In this document: positions 40,948 through 50,587 of the stretch, in pieces
How the letters are laid out: each line of letters opens with the position of its first letter
Position numbering within the stretch: the stretch's first letter is position 1
From: an uncultured Oscillospiraceae bacterium
GTDB lineage: Bacteria; Bacillota; Clostridia; Oscillospirales; Oscillospiraceae
Length of the DNA stretch: 64,000 nucleotides
Assembly (NCBI GenBank): GCA_947626345.1
Contig: CANQSF010000011.1
Location: forward strand, 3,050-67,049
Direction: 5' to 3'
The notes under the pieces: generated by a model
The model's input: the letters and a program-made list of their open reading frames with translations, nothing else
Databases searched by the model: none
What the model was told of the DNA's origin: nothing
Translations under genes and position numbers: made by a program

Positions 40948-41787
40948 ATGATCGAACTGGACGAAAAAGCGATAGCGGGGTTCCGGGAAAAGCTGGCGGA
41001 GGACGAGGCGGCGGGGGCCACGGTGGCCAAGTACACGGTCGCCATCCGCCGCCTGGCGGCATTCTGCGGCGGACAATTGCGGGACAAGGGGCAGTTAGTC
41101 GCCTTTAAGCAAGCCCTGGCGGCCTCCGGCATGGCCCCGGGCACCGTGAACGGGGTGCTGACGGCGGTGAATAAACTGCTGGATATCTATGGATACCATG
41201 AATGGCGCTTGCGCTTCCTCAAGGTGCAGCGCCGAGTTTTCATGGCTCCGGGGCGGGAGATGACCCGCGCGGAGTATGAAAGGCTGGTGAATACGGCGAA
41301 GCGGCAGGGCGACGAGCGCCTGGCGCTGGCGGTGCAGACATTGGGGGCCACGGGAGCGCGGGTCAGCGAGCTGCAGGCGGTCACGGTGGAGGCCGTGGCG
41401 GCCGGAAAAGCGGAAATTCGCTCCAAAGGAAAGATCAGATTGCTGCTTTTGCCGAAGAAACTCTGCAAACTGCTGGCCAATTACTGCGCGAAACGGAACA
41501 TCACCGCCGGGCCGGTGTTCGTCACCGCGTCGGGAAAGCCTATCGACCGGAGCAACCTCTGGAAGAGCATGAAGCGGCTGGCGAAGCACGCCCGGGTATT
41601 ATTAGATAAGGTATTTCCCCACAACCTGCGGCATTTGTTCGCCCGCACGTATTACAAAAAGACCCGGGACATCGTGCAGCTGGCGGACATCCTGGGCCAC
41701 TGCAGCGTGGAGACCACGCGCATCTACACCGCACGATCGCCCATGGAGCAGCGGCGGCAGATGGACGCGCTGGCGCTTTTGCTATAA
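40948..41787 (+). CDS. Tyrosine recombinase (XerC/D-integrase family), catalytic residues intact
   Basis: 279 aa from MIELDEK with a GGAGGGG RBS. Catalytic residues: Arg in ATGARVSEL, Lys in SKGKIR, HNLRH (H-x-x-R), GHCSVETTRIY (His, Tyr). Confidence 0.85.
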   Translation: MIELDEKAIAGFREKLAEDEAAGATVAKYTVAIRRLAAFCGGQLRDKGQLVAFKQALAASGMAPGTVNGVLTAVNKLLDIYGYHEWRLRFLKVQRRVFMAPGREMTRAEYERLVNTAKRQGDERLALAVQTLGATGARVSELQAVTVEAVAAGKAEIRSKGKIRLLLLPKKLCKLLANYCAKRNITAGPVFVTASGKPIDRSNLWKSMKRLAKHARVLLDKVFPHNLRHLFARTYYKKTRDIVQLADILGHCSVETTRIYTARSPMEQRRQMDALALLL

Positions 41788-41821
41788 AAAAAGATACCAC
41801 AGAATTCACATTCTGTGGTAT
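41786..41821 (-). terminator. Minus-strand-only intrinsic terminator formed by IR-L
   Basis: The minus strand reads ATACCACAGAA-TGTGAA-TTCTGTGGTAT followed by CTTTTTTT. On the plus strand no T tract follows the hairpin. Confidence 0.6.
41796..41819. repeat. Inverted repeat, left copy (IR-L)
   Basis: ACCACAGAATTCACATTCTGTGGT. It matches the reverse complement of 42049-42072 at 22/24. Confidence 0.75.
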
Positions 41822-41864
41822 GTACACGGAAATTACTTCCTCCGAGCCCAGCTTTACGAGGATG

Positions 41865-41893
41865 ATTATAGCCCGCTTCCCTTAAAAAAGCAA
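41865..41893 (-). promoter_or_regulatory. Near-consensus promoter inside the IR-bounded segment, facing away from the surface-protein gene
   Basis: Minus strand TTGCTT (41893-41888), 17 nt spacer, TATAAT (41870-41865). An A/T-rich UP-like tract (GTAAAAAAATAAACTTTTTTTGAA) lies just upstream. Confidence 0.6.
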
Positions 41894-42048
41894 GGGGAAA
41901 TTCAAAAAAAGTTTATTTTTTTACATAACAACTCCGCCTGAGGCCCTTTTGCCCGGCCCCAGGCGCCCTTTCCGTGCGCTTTTCACAGTTTTTTGCCCCC
42001 GTTTTCTCCCTTCCGGCCAAAAACTTGGGCGTCTTCCCCGCCGCACGC

Positions 42049-42072
42049 ACCACAGATTGTGAATTCTATGGT
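42049..42072. repeat. Inverted repeat, right copy (IR-R)
   Basis: ACCACAGATTGTGAATTCTATGGT. Its centre TGTGAA is the reverse complement of the IR-L centre TTCACA. Confidence 0.75.
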
Positions 42073-42115
42073 GAGAAGGGCTCGAAAAACTATTTTATTA
42101 GGAGGACATCAAACA

Positions 42116-44998
42116 ATGACAAAACGTGTACTCAGCTTGCTCTTGGCGCTGATCATGGCTCTGTCTCTGTGCGTCCCGGCCTTCGCGGCTGACGAGCCTG
42201 AAGTCATCGAAGAAGAGCCTGCTACCATCGAGGCTGAGGGCGAAGAGGCCGCGCCTGTGGCGGCCGATGAGCCGGAGGCGATCGCTGTCGATGAGCCTGA
42301 GGTCGTCGACCTGCTCAACGAAGATTCCCTGCAGGGCATGGTCAACCAGGCCAACGGCATGAAGGCCGGCATCATTGCCGGTTGGTATCAGAAGGGTACT
42401 GACGCTGACTGGCCTTCTGGCGTCACGACCGATGAACAGCTCATGACCTACTTCCTGGATCAGCTGGAAGCGTCTGAGAAAATCCTGGGCGAGATCAAGG
42501 ACAAGGGCGGCTATGACACCTGGCTGCTCAGCGGTGGGACTCGCGACCGGTATGAAAATGCTATGAAGGGCCTGGCTGCTGCCATCAGAGCGGTGACGAA
42601 GTATGTCCGCGAAGATACCTACAGGAAGCAGATCAGCGAGATGAACGGCTGGATCAAGTGGTACCAGTACGTCATCAATGAGAACAAGACCGCGTCCTAT
42701 GGCAAGGACACTTGCGATGTCCAGCCCTGGTTCGAGACCGAGGTGAAGGAGGCTGTGGCCTTCCTGCGGTCCCTGGCCGGCTATAACGAGGACTATGACG
42801 AGCTGTGGCTGCCTGGCGCTGCGTCCATCCTGTACAAGGACTATCTGGCTGCTAAGGCTACCTTCACCAAGCTGTACGGTGAGTTCGATGATGCGATCCT
42901 CGCCGAGTATACCGACTACGTGGAGCTGCGGGACGCCATCCGCGACGCCAAGGCCAAGCTGGCCAGCGACGGCTACTTCGACGGTGCGACTTATTTCTGG
43001 CCGACGAAGGTCGACGGTTGGTGCGATTCTCTCAGCGCGTTCCTGGACTTCCTGCTCAGGGATATAGCTACTGGCGCTGGCACGACCGGCTTCAAGGACG
43101 CTAACCAGACGCTGAAGAGTGTCCACTATTACCTGACTGTGATCAAGGCTTTCCTGAAGGAGAACAAGCACACCCTGAGCCTCAGTCAGTTCTACATCAA
43201 CACCGACTTCAAGAGCGTTTCTGTGCGTGTCGTGCAGTCTAGCGGTGACAAGTATAAGAGCGATAACCGTTATTATCACCTGGAAGTCAGCGCTGTCAAG
43301 ACTGTAAAGGGCCATCCCTTCACCGCTGCTGAGTTGGCGGATTGGCGTGAAGAAGATATAGGCCTGGGCGGCAATACTAAGAATGGTATTTTTGAAATGG
43401 ACGTCAGCCCCGATCAGCTTGGCATCAAGGATGACCAGGGCAAGCTGAAGGACGGCGCCGTCATCACCGTGAAGTTTATCTGCGACAAGGGCCACGAGGT
43501 CCTCGCCACAAAGACTATCACCGTTGATCAGAGCTACAACGGCCCCGTGATCGTCGATTCCGAGTACGATCCCGACGACATCGTCATCAAGCTGGACAAG
43601 AGCTTGGCTGCTGCTTCCCAGGCGCACACTACGGATCCTGACAACAACCAGTACAGCCAGGCTACCCTGACCCTGAGCTACAACGGCACCGTCGTGGAGA
43701 CCAAGACGATCAATGCCAACAATGACCTTTGGAAGAACGTGTTCAAGTTCAACCTGACCGACCTGTGGCACATGGAGATCGGTGAGTACACCGTCGAGTT
43801 GAAGGTCACCCAGGGCCAGCCCAGCGGCGGCGACCATAGCACCATCTCCCGCGGCACCGTGACGGTCACCGTCCCCGACATCACCGCCTATCAGGGCGAC
43901 GAGGTCGAGGCTGACGAGGACGACGTTTGGGGTCTGGCCGGCGCCAAGGGCTTCAACAACCTGCAGAAGGCCATCAGCCTGGCCAACTCTGACGACAAGT
44001 ACGCCAAGAGCGGCGACACCGCGAAGCTGAAGGCGCAGCTGGCTGCCAACGTGGCCGAGGCCCAGGCTTTCGTGGACAAGGCCGCCACCACCCCCCTCTC
44101 CAAGGCCAACAAGGCCAAGGTCGACGAGCTGATCGCCGCCATCTACGGCATCCTGAAGAATTTCGACGTGGCTGCTGACACCTCCGCGCTGACCGCTGCC
44201 ATCGCCGCCGGCGAGGCTCTGGTCCCCTCCGACTATGACGGCGCCAACGCTTGGAAGACCCTGCAGGACGCCATCACCGCCGGCAAGGACCTGATGAAGA
44301 AGGCCCCCATGGCTGCTACCGCTGCCAACAAGGCTGCCATCGCCGCCGCCGCTGAGGCCATCGAGGACGCTATCGATGATCTGAACGAGCATCATGCTGT
44401 GGTGCCTTACAACGAGCTGAAGGCCCTGGAAGAGCTGATCGACTCCGTTCCCACCCGTCTGGCCGCTGACGACTTCTCCGCTGCGAGCAAGGCTGCTGTC
44501 AATGCCGCCGTTGCCGCCGCGAAGCCTCTGCTGGACAAGACTGGCGTGACCAAGTCCGAGCTGCAGGCCGCCATCGACGCGGTGCAGGCTGCCCTGAACA
44601 ACCTGACCACCGTGAAGAGTGACGCTGCCCCCACGGCTCCCTCCGCCGATTACACCGGCTGGGCCACCGCTGAGAATGGCGACTACTACTACTTCAAGAA
44701 CGGCTCCCTGGTCAAGGCTGACTGGGTCAAGTCCAAGGGTCTGTGGTACCACATGGGCGCCACCGGCAAGATGGACACCGGCTTCATCCACATCGTGGAT
44801 AGCTGGGGCGACGCCTACTACTACCTGAACCCCAGCAACACCAAGGGCACCATGGGCCGCATGTTCACTGGCTGGAAGATGATCAACGATTCCTCCGCCG
44901 GCGCTTGGGGCTGGTTCGAGACCCGTAACAACGGCCATCAGGGCCAGTGCACCTACACCACCAACTGGGGCGACTTCAAGAACTACAAGCCCTTCTAA
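42116..44998 (+). CDS. Large secreted surface protein with C-terminal cell-wall-binding (CW_binding_1-type) repeats
   Basis: Start MTKRVLSLLLALIMALSLCVPAFA|AD (signal peptide) with an AGGAGG RBS. 960 aa. It has Ala-rich FIVAR-like helical modules (..TSALTAAIAAGEALVPSDYDGANAWKTLQDAI..). C-terminal GW/YYY repeats are present (GWATAENGDYYYFKNGSLVKADW.., GDAYYYLNP..GRMFTGWKMI). Confidence 0.85.
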   Translation: MTKRVLSLLLALIMALSLCVPAFAADEPEVIEEEPATIEAEGEEAAPVAADEPEAIAVDEPEVVDLLNEDSLQGMVNQANGMKAGIIAGWYQKGTDADWPSGVTTDEQLMTYFLDQLEASEKILGEIKDKGGYDTWLLSGGTRDRYENAMKGLAAAIRAVTKYVREDTYRKQISEMNGWIKWYQYVINENKTASYGKDTCDVQPWFETEVKEAVAFLRSLAGYNEDYDELWLPGAASILYKDYLAAKATFTKLYGEFDDAILAEYTDYVELRDAIRDAKAKLASDGYFDGATYFWPTKVDGWCDSLSAFLDFLLRDIATGAGTTGFKDANQTLKSVHYYLTVIKAFLKENKHTLSLSQFYINTDFKSVSVRVVQSSGDKYKSDNRYYHLEVSAVKTVKGHPFTAAELADWREEDIGLGGNTKNGIFEMDVSPDQLGIKDDQGKLKDGAVITVKFICDKGHEVLATKTITVDQSYNGPVIVDSEYDPDDIVIKLDKSLAAASQAHTTDPDNNQYSQATLTLSYNGTVVETKTINANNDLWKNVFKFNLTDLWHMEIGEYTVELKVTQGQPSGGDHSTISRGTVTVTVPDITAYQGDEVEADEDDVWGLAGAKGFNNLQKAISLANSDDKYAKSGDTAKLKAQLAANVAEAQAFVDKAATTPLSKANKAKVDELIAAIYGILKNFDVAADTSALTAAIAAGEALVPSDYDGANAWKTLQDAITAGKDLMKKAPMAATAANKAAIAAAAEAIEDAIDDLNEHHAVVPYNELKALEELIDSVPTRLAADDFSAASKAAVNAAVAAAKPLLDKTGVTKSELQAAIDAVQAALNNLTTVKSDAAPTAPSADYTGWATAENGDYYYFKNGSLVKADWVKSKGLWYHMGATGKMDTGFIHIVDSWGDAYYYLNPSNTKGTMGRMFTGWKMINDSSAGAWGWFETRNNGHQGQCTYTTNWGDFKNYKPF

Positions 44999-45019
44999 GC
45001 AAGTTCTGAATCGCGATCT

Positions 45020-45050
45020 GGGAGCAGGGTCTCTGGCCCTGCTCCCTTTC
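45020..45050 (+). terminator. Terminator-like hairpin
   Basis: Stem GGGAGCAGGG/CCCTGCTCCC followed by TTTCC (short T tract). Confidence 0.5.
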
Positions 45051-45069
45051 CAAAAAGGGGGGAAATGCC

Positions 45070-45912
45070 GTGGATACGCTGGAACTGAGGCCGAGACAGC
45101 AGACGCGCGCCCGTGACGCCGGCGTCGCCATGACCGAGGCGGACAGCGAGCGCTTCCTCGCGGACCTGGCGGTCAAAGGCCGCGCGCCCGAGACTGTGGA
45201 GCGGTATCGCCGCAGTTTGGAGCACCTGGCCGAGGTCCTGCCCGAGGACCGGAAGATCAGGCGCGGCACGCTGGAACAGTGCCGCGAGGCGCTGCTGGCC
45301 GCGGGCTATGCGCCCCGGACGGTGAATCTGGTGCTGTCCGTGGCGAATACATACGTGGCGTATATGGGCCATCGGGAGTATCAGCTGGGCGACACGCTGG
45401 AGACTGAGGCGAAGCTGCATCCCGAGCTGACGCGGTCCGAATACCGGCATCTCCTTCAAGTCGCGAAGCTGCTGGGGCGGGAGAAGGTCTACCTGCTCGT
45501 CAAGCTCTTCGCCAGCGCCGACATGCCCGTCCAGGAGCTGGATAAGGTCACCGTCGAGGCCGTGACCGCCGGGCAGGTGACGGTGGGCGAGGGCAATTCC
45601 CGCCGCAATATCCGCCTGCCGGGCTGTGTGCGGAAGGAGCTGCTGGCCTTCGCCGAGCGGCAGGGCATCTATCGCGGGCCGCTGTTTTTGACGAAGGACG
45701 GCACGCCTATGAGCCGCACGTACGTGACCAGCGCCATCCGCAACCTCTGCGCGGTGGCGAAGGTGCCGGTGGAGAAGGGCAATCCCCGCTGCCTCCGGCG
45801 GCTGTATCTTTCTGGCCGCAAGGCCATCGAGGACAACATCGCGCTCCTTGTGGAGCAAGCCCTCGAGCGCCAGCTGGACGAGGAACAGCTCACCGTCGGC
45901 TGGGACGTGTGA
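45070..45912 (+). CDS. Tyrosine-recombinase-like paralog lacking catalytic residues
   Basis: 280 aa. GTG start with a GGGGGG RBS; an alternative ATG lies at 45130. It aligns with the 40948 recombinase (ELTRSEYRHLLQVAK vs EMTRAEYERLVNTAK; VTVEAVTAGQVTV vs VTVEAVAAGKAEI). However, box I is ASADMPVQEL (Arg lost), box II is PRCLRRL (both His lost), and no C-terminal His/Tyr segment is present. Confidence 0.7.
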   Translation: MDTLELRPRQQTRARDAGVAMTEADSERFLADLAVKGRAPETVERYRRSLEHLAEVLPEDRKIRRGTLEQCREALLAAGYAPRTVNLVLSVANTYVAYMGHREYQLGDTLETEAKLHPELTRSEYRHLLQVAKLLGREKVYLLVKLFASADMPVQELDKVTVEAVTAGQVTVGEGNSRRNIRLPGCVRKELLAFAERQGIYRGPLFLTKDGTPMSRTYVTSAIRNLCAVAKVPVEKGNPRCLRRLYLSGRKAIEDNIALLVEQALERQLDEEQLTVGWDV

Positions 45913-45924
45913 GGCTGCGGGCAA

Positions 45925-45957
45925 TAAAAAACACCGCCGTTGGGCGGTGTTTTTTTG
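45925..45957. terminator. Bidirectional terminator
   Basis: A6, then ACACCGCC-GTTG-GGCGGTGT, then T6. It lies between the recombinase-like gene (+) and etfA (-). Confidence 0.85.
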
Positions 45958-45970
45958 CTTGTATGGGGGG

Positions 45971-47104
45971 TTATTTCGCGGCCTTGGCGGCCCGGATGGC
46001 CTCGGTCAGCATGGGCGTGACCTTGAAAAGGTCGCCGCAGATGCCGTAGTCCGCGATCTCAAAGATGGGGGCCGTCTCGTTTTTGTTCACCGCGATGATG
46101 CACTCCGAGTCCTGCATACCGGCCTTGTGCTGGATAGCGCCCGAGATGCCCAGCGCCACGTACACCTTCGGGTGCACCGTCTTGCCCGTCTGGCCCACCT
46201 GGTGGTCAGCAGAAAGCCAGCCAGAGTCGATCACCGCGCGGCTGCCGCCTACGACGCCGCCCAGCTCCGCAGCCAGCTCCTCCGCCAGCTTGATGCCGCC
46301 TTCCACGTCCTTGCTGATGCCGCGGCCCACGCTCACGATGAAGTCCGCGCCGATCAGGTCCACCAGCTTCTTCGCCGCCTTCACCACCTCGGTGACCTCG
46401 GTCTGCAGGTCGGCCTCAGAGAGCTCGAACGCCGGCTTCACGATCTGGCAGGCGTCTGCCTTCGCCTGATCGAAGGGGCGCTTTTTCATCACGCCAGGCC
46501 GCACCGTCGCCATCGTGGGACGGAACCGCGGGCAGATGATACTCGCCATCAGGTGGCCGCCGAACGCCGGACGGGTCATCTTCAGGTCACGGGACACGTC
46601 GTGCTTCTCGCCCAGCACCATCGCCGTGTTCAGCCCCTCGATCCGGGCGTCCTCCAACGTGCTGGCCTCATGCAGGAAGTCCTTGTAGATCCCCATGTCC
46701 ACGTCCAGGTGCGTGCAGTCCGCGCACAGGCCCGTGTGCAGCCGCGCCGCACACCGGGGGCCCAGGTCCCGGCCGATGTTCGTCGCGCCGATGAGGAACG
46801 CCTCGGGCTTCAGCTCCTCAATCACGTCGCAGATCACCTTCGCGTACGCGTCGGTGGTGTATACCTTCAGGAGCGGATGCTCGCACACATATACCTTGTC
46901 CGCGCCGTAGCCGCCCAGCTCCTTCGCCAGGCCCTCCACGCCGTCGCCCAAAAGCAGGCCGCACAGCTGAACGCCCAGCTCGTCCGCCAGACGCCGCCCC
47001 TCGCTGATCAGCTCCAGGTCCGTCGGCATCAGCTTCCCGTCACGCTGCTCGCAGAATACCCACACATCCTTGAAAGCAGCCAGGTCCGTATTATTAAAAG
47101 CCAT
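45971..47104 (-). CDS. etfA: Electron transfer flavoprotein, alpha subunit
   Basis: 377 aa. C-terminal FAD motifs GGSRAVIDSGW, QVGQTGKTV and PKVYVALGISGAIQH. It appears to carry a 30-35-aa insertion before TRPAFGG relative to the canonical EtfA as I recall it (unverified). Confidence 0.9.
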   Translation of the reverse strand: MAFNNTDLAAFKDVWVFCEQRDGKLMPTDLELISEGRRLADELGVQLCGLLLGDGVEGLAKELGGYGADKVYVCEHPLLKVYTTDAYAKVICDVIEELKPEAFLIGATNIGRDLGPRCAARLHTGLCADCTHLDVDMGIYKDFLHEASTLEDARIEGLNTAMVLGEKHDVSRDLKMTRPAFGGHLMASIICPRFRPTMATVRPGVMKKRPFDQAKADACQIVKPAFELSEADLQTEVTEVVKAAKKLVDLIGADFIVSVGRGISKDVEGGIKLAEELAAELGGVVGGSRAVIDSGWLSADHQVGQTGKTVHPKVYVALGISGAIQHKAGMQDSECIIAVNKNETAPIFEIADYGICGDLFKVTPMLTEAIRAAKAAK

Positions 47105-47121
47105 TTCCTCTTACTCCTCTC

Positions 47122-47922
47122 TCAGATGATGTGCTTGCCGGCCAGGATGCCTGCCAGCTTCTCGCACGTGCCCATGTCCGCGCCTTCCAGCATCATGCCC
47201 GCGCCCTTCTGCGGCGGCGTGAACGATACCAGGATGTTGGTCGGGGAACCCTTCAAGCCGATGGTGGTCGGGTCGATCAAAGGATCGTCCTTCAGCGCCT
47301 CATAGTCCAGCACCGTCACCGGCTTGCTGTAGGCCTCGAAGATCCCGCCCACGGACATATACCGGGGCTTGTTCAGCTCCTTGATGCAGGTCAGCAGACA
47401 CGGCGTCTTCACCTTGATGGTCATATAGCCGTCCTCCAGCATCCGCTTGACGGTGATGTCGTCCCCGTCCTTGTGGATGTCCGCCGCGTAGGTCACCTGG
47501 GGCAGATGCAGCTTCTCCGCGATCTGGGGGCCCACCTGGGCCGTGTCGCCGTCGATGGCCTGGCGGCCGCACATCACGATGTCGCCCTTCTCCACGCCGA
47601 TCTTGTTCACGCCCGCCGCCACGATCTGAGAGGTGGCGTAGGTATCGCTGCCGCCGAACTCTCGGCCGGAGATGAGGTACCCCTCGTCCGCGCCCATGGC
47701 CAGCAGCTCGCGCAGCATCCCCTCCGCGGGAGGGGGACCCATGGTCACCACGATCACCTTGCAGCCCGTCTCATCCTTCAGCTTCAGGGCAGCCTCCACG
47801 GCGTTCATGTCGTCCGGGTTGGTGATGGTCTCCATAGACGCGCGGTTCAGCGTGCCGTCCGGATTCACCGCCACCTTGCCGGAGGTGTCGGGCACCTGCT
47901 TCACACATACGATAACTTTCAT
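47122..47922 (-). CDS. etfB: Electron transfer flavoprotein, beta subunit
   Basis: 266 aa. MKVIVCVKQVPDT.., with the typical EtfB fold motifs. Confidence 0.9.
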   Translation of the reverse strand: MKVIVCVKQVPDTSGKVAVNPDGTLNRASMETITNPDDMNAVEAALKLKDETGCKVIVVTMGPPPAEGMLRELLAMGADEGYLISGREFGGSDTYATSQIVAAGVNKIGVEKGDIVMCGRQAIDGDTAQVGPQIAEKLHLPQVTYAADIHKDGDDITVKRMLEDGYMTIKVKTPCLLTCIKELNKPRYMSVGGIFEAYSKPVTVLDYEALKDDPLIDPTTIGLKGSPTNILVSFTPPQKGAGMMLEGADMGTCEKLAGILAGKHII

Positions 47923-47935
47923 TTTTACGTCCTCC

Positions 47936-49075
<1,140 letters not shown>

Positions 49076-49091
49076 ATTCCCTTTCTCCTTT

Positions 49092-50570
49092 TCATTCCTT
49101 GATGCCCGCGACGGATTTGGCGAGCTGCTTCTTGCCCTGGATGTTGCCCTGGCGCGCGATCATGATCCGCTGGGCCTGGGGGGAGCCGGCGCCGTGCATG
49201 GACTCGGTGCGGTAGCCCACCGCCGCCGCGCCCAGGCACATGTTCTCCAAAAACCGCATGATCCGCTGCCGGTCCTCGGTGGAGACGCCCTCCTTGGCGG
49301 CGAAGTACTTCTTGCAGATCTCGCCGATGGTCTCGCCCTCCCGGCCCACGGGCAGGTCGGACTCGAAGTCCTTCTGGCTGGGCATGGTGACCATGAGCCC
49401 GCCGGCGATGTCCTCCGCCAGGCGCACGATCTCGTAGGGGAAGCGGGTCACGTTCTGCTTGCACACGTTGGCCAGCAGCAGGTCGATCTGGTAGTTGCCC
49501 GCCTTGGTGGGGCAGCCCTCGCAGGAGCAGGCCACGCCGCAGCAATAGAGGGTCTCGTTCAGGTGGGTCATTTCGATGAGCTTATCCTTCACCGCCGAGG
49601 CCTTCTCCACGCCGTTGTACTCCGCGGCCAGGGCGGCCGCGCCGATGACCACGTCGCCCACGCCCACCTTGCAGCCGCCGTAGCTCTGGCGGTGGTAGCC
49701 GGCGAAGCGCTCCACGATCATGCCGGCGAACTCGGTCTCGCCGTTGAGGAAGATGTACTCGTTGGGGATGAACACGTGGTCCAGCACCACCAGGGCCTCC
49801 TGGCCGCCGAACTTGGCGTTGCCCACGTCGATGTCGCAGCCCTCCTCCAGCTTGCGGGTGTCGCAGCTCTGGCGGCCGTAGATCATGTAAAGGCCGTCGG
49901 CGTCGGTGGGGCAGGCGAAGCTCACCGCCCAGTCCGCGTCCTCCGGACCCATGGAGATGGTGGGCATGAAGATGTGCCAGTGGGAGTTGATGGAGCCGGT
50001 CTGGTGGCACTTGGCCCCGCAGACCACGATGCCGTCGGGCCGCCGCTCCACCACGTGCACATACATGTCCGGGTCGGCCTGGGCGTGGGGAGCCTTGCTC
50101 CGGTCGCCCTTGGGGTCGGTCATGGCACCGTCCACGGTCAGGTCGTTGTCCTGGACGTAGATGAGGAACTTCTTGAAGTTGTCGTGGTAGTGGGTGCCGT
50201 ATTTCTCGTCGATCTCGTAGGTGGAGGAGAACACGGCGTTGAACGCGTCCATGCCCACGCACCGCTGGAAGCAGCTGGCGGTCTTCTGGCCCAGCAGCCG
50301 CTGCATCTTCACCTTCTTCACCAGGTCTTCCGTGGACTGGTGCAGATGGGTGAAGCGGTTGATCCTATGGCCCGTCAGACTGCTGGTAGCGGTCATCAGG
50401 TCTTCATACTCCGGGTTCTGGGCCAGGGCGTAGGTCATGGCCACGCAGTTGATGCTGGGGCGGATCATGGGGTGGTCCACCCAGTTTTCGATCTTCTCGC
50501 CGAACATGTACACCCGGGTGTTCAGCTTGCGAAGGCTGTCGATGTATTCCTTTGCTGTCATCAATGCCAT
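49092..50570 (-). CDS. abfD: 4-hydroxybutyryl-CoA dehydratase / vinylacetyl-CoA delta-isomerase
   Basis: 492 aa. It is near-collinear with the Clostridium aminobutyricum AbfD sequence as I recall it (..YMFGEKIENWVDHPMIRPSINCV.., ..LHQSTEDL..KVKMQRLLGQKTASCFQRCVGMDAFNAV.., ..ERFAGYHRQSYGGCKVGVGDVVIGAAALAA..). Confidence 0.9.
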   Translation of the reverse strand: MALMTAKEYIDSLRKLNTRVYMFGEKIENWVDHPMIRPSINCVAMTYALAQNPEYEDLMTATSSLTGHRINRFTHLHQSTEDLVKKVKMQRLLGQKTASCFQRCVGMDAFNAVFSSTYEIDEKYGTHYHDNFKKFLIYVQDNDLTVDGAMTDPKGDRSKAPHAQADPDMYVHVVERRPDGIVVCGAKCHQTGSINSHWHIFMPTISMGPEDADWAVSFACPTDADGLYMIYGRQSCDTRKLEEGCDIDVGNAKFGGQEALVVLDHVFIPNEYIFLNGETEFAGMIVERFAGYHRQSYGGCKVGVGDVVIGAAALAAEYNGVEKASAVKDKLIEMTHLNETLYCCGVACSCEGCPTKAGNYQIDLLLANVCKQNVTRFPYEIVRLAEDIAGGLMVTMPSQKDFESDLPVGREGETIGEICKKYFAAKEGVSTEDRQRIMRFLENMCLGAAAVGYRTESMHGAGSPQAQRIMIARQGNIQGKKQLAKSVAGIKE

Positions 50571-50587
50571 TGCGGTCCGCTCCTTTT

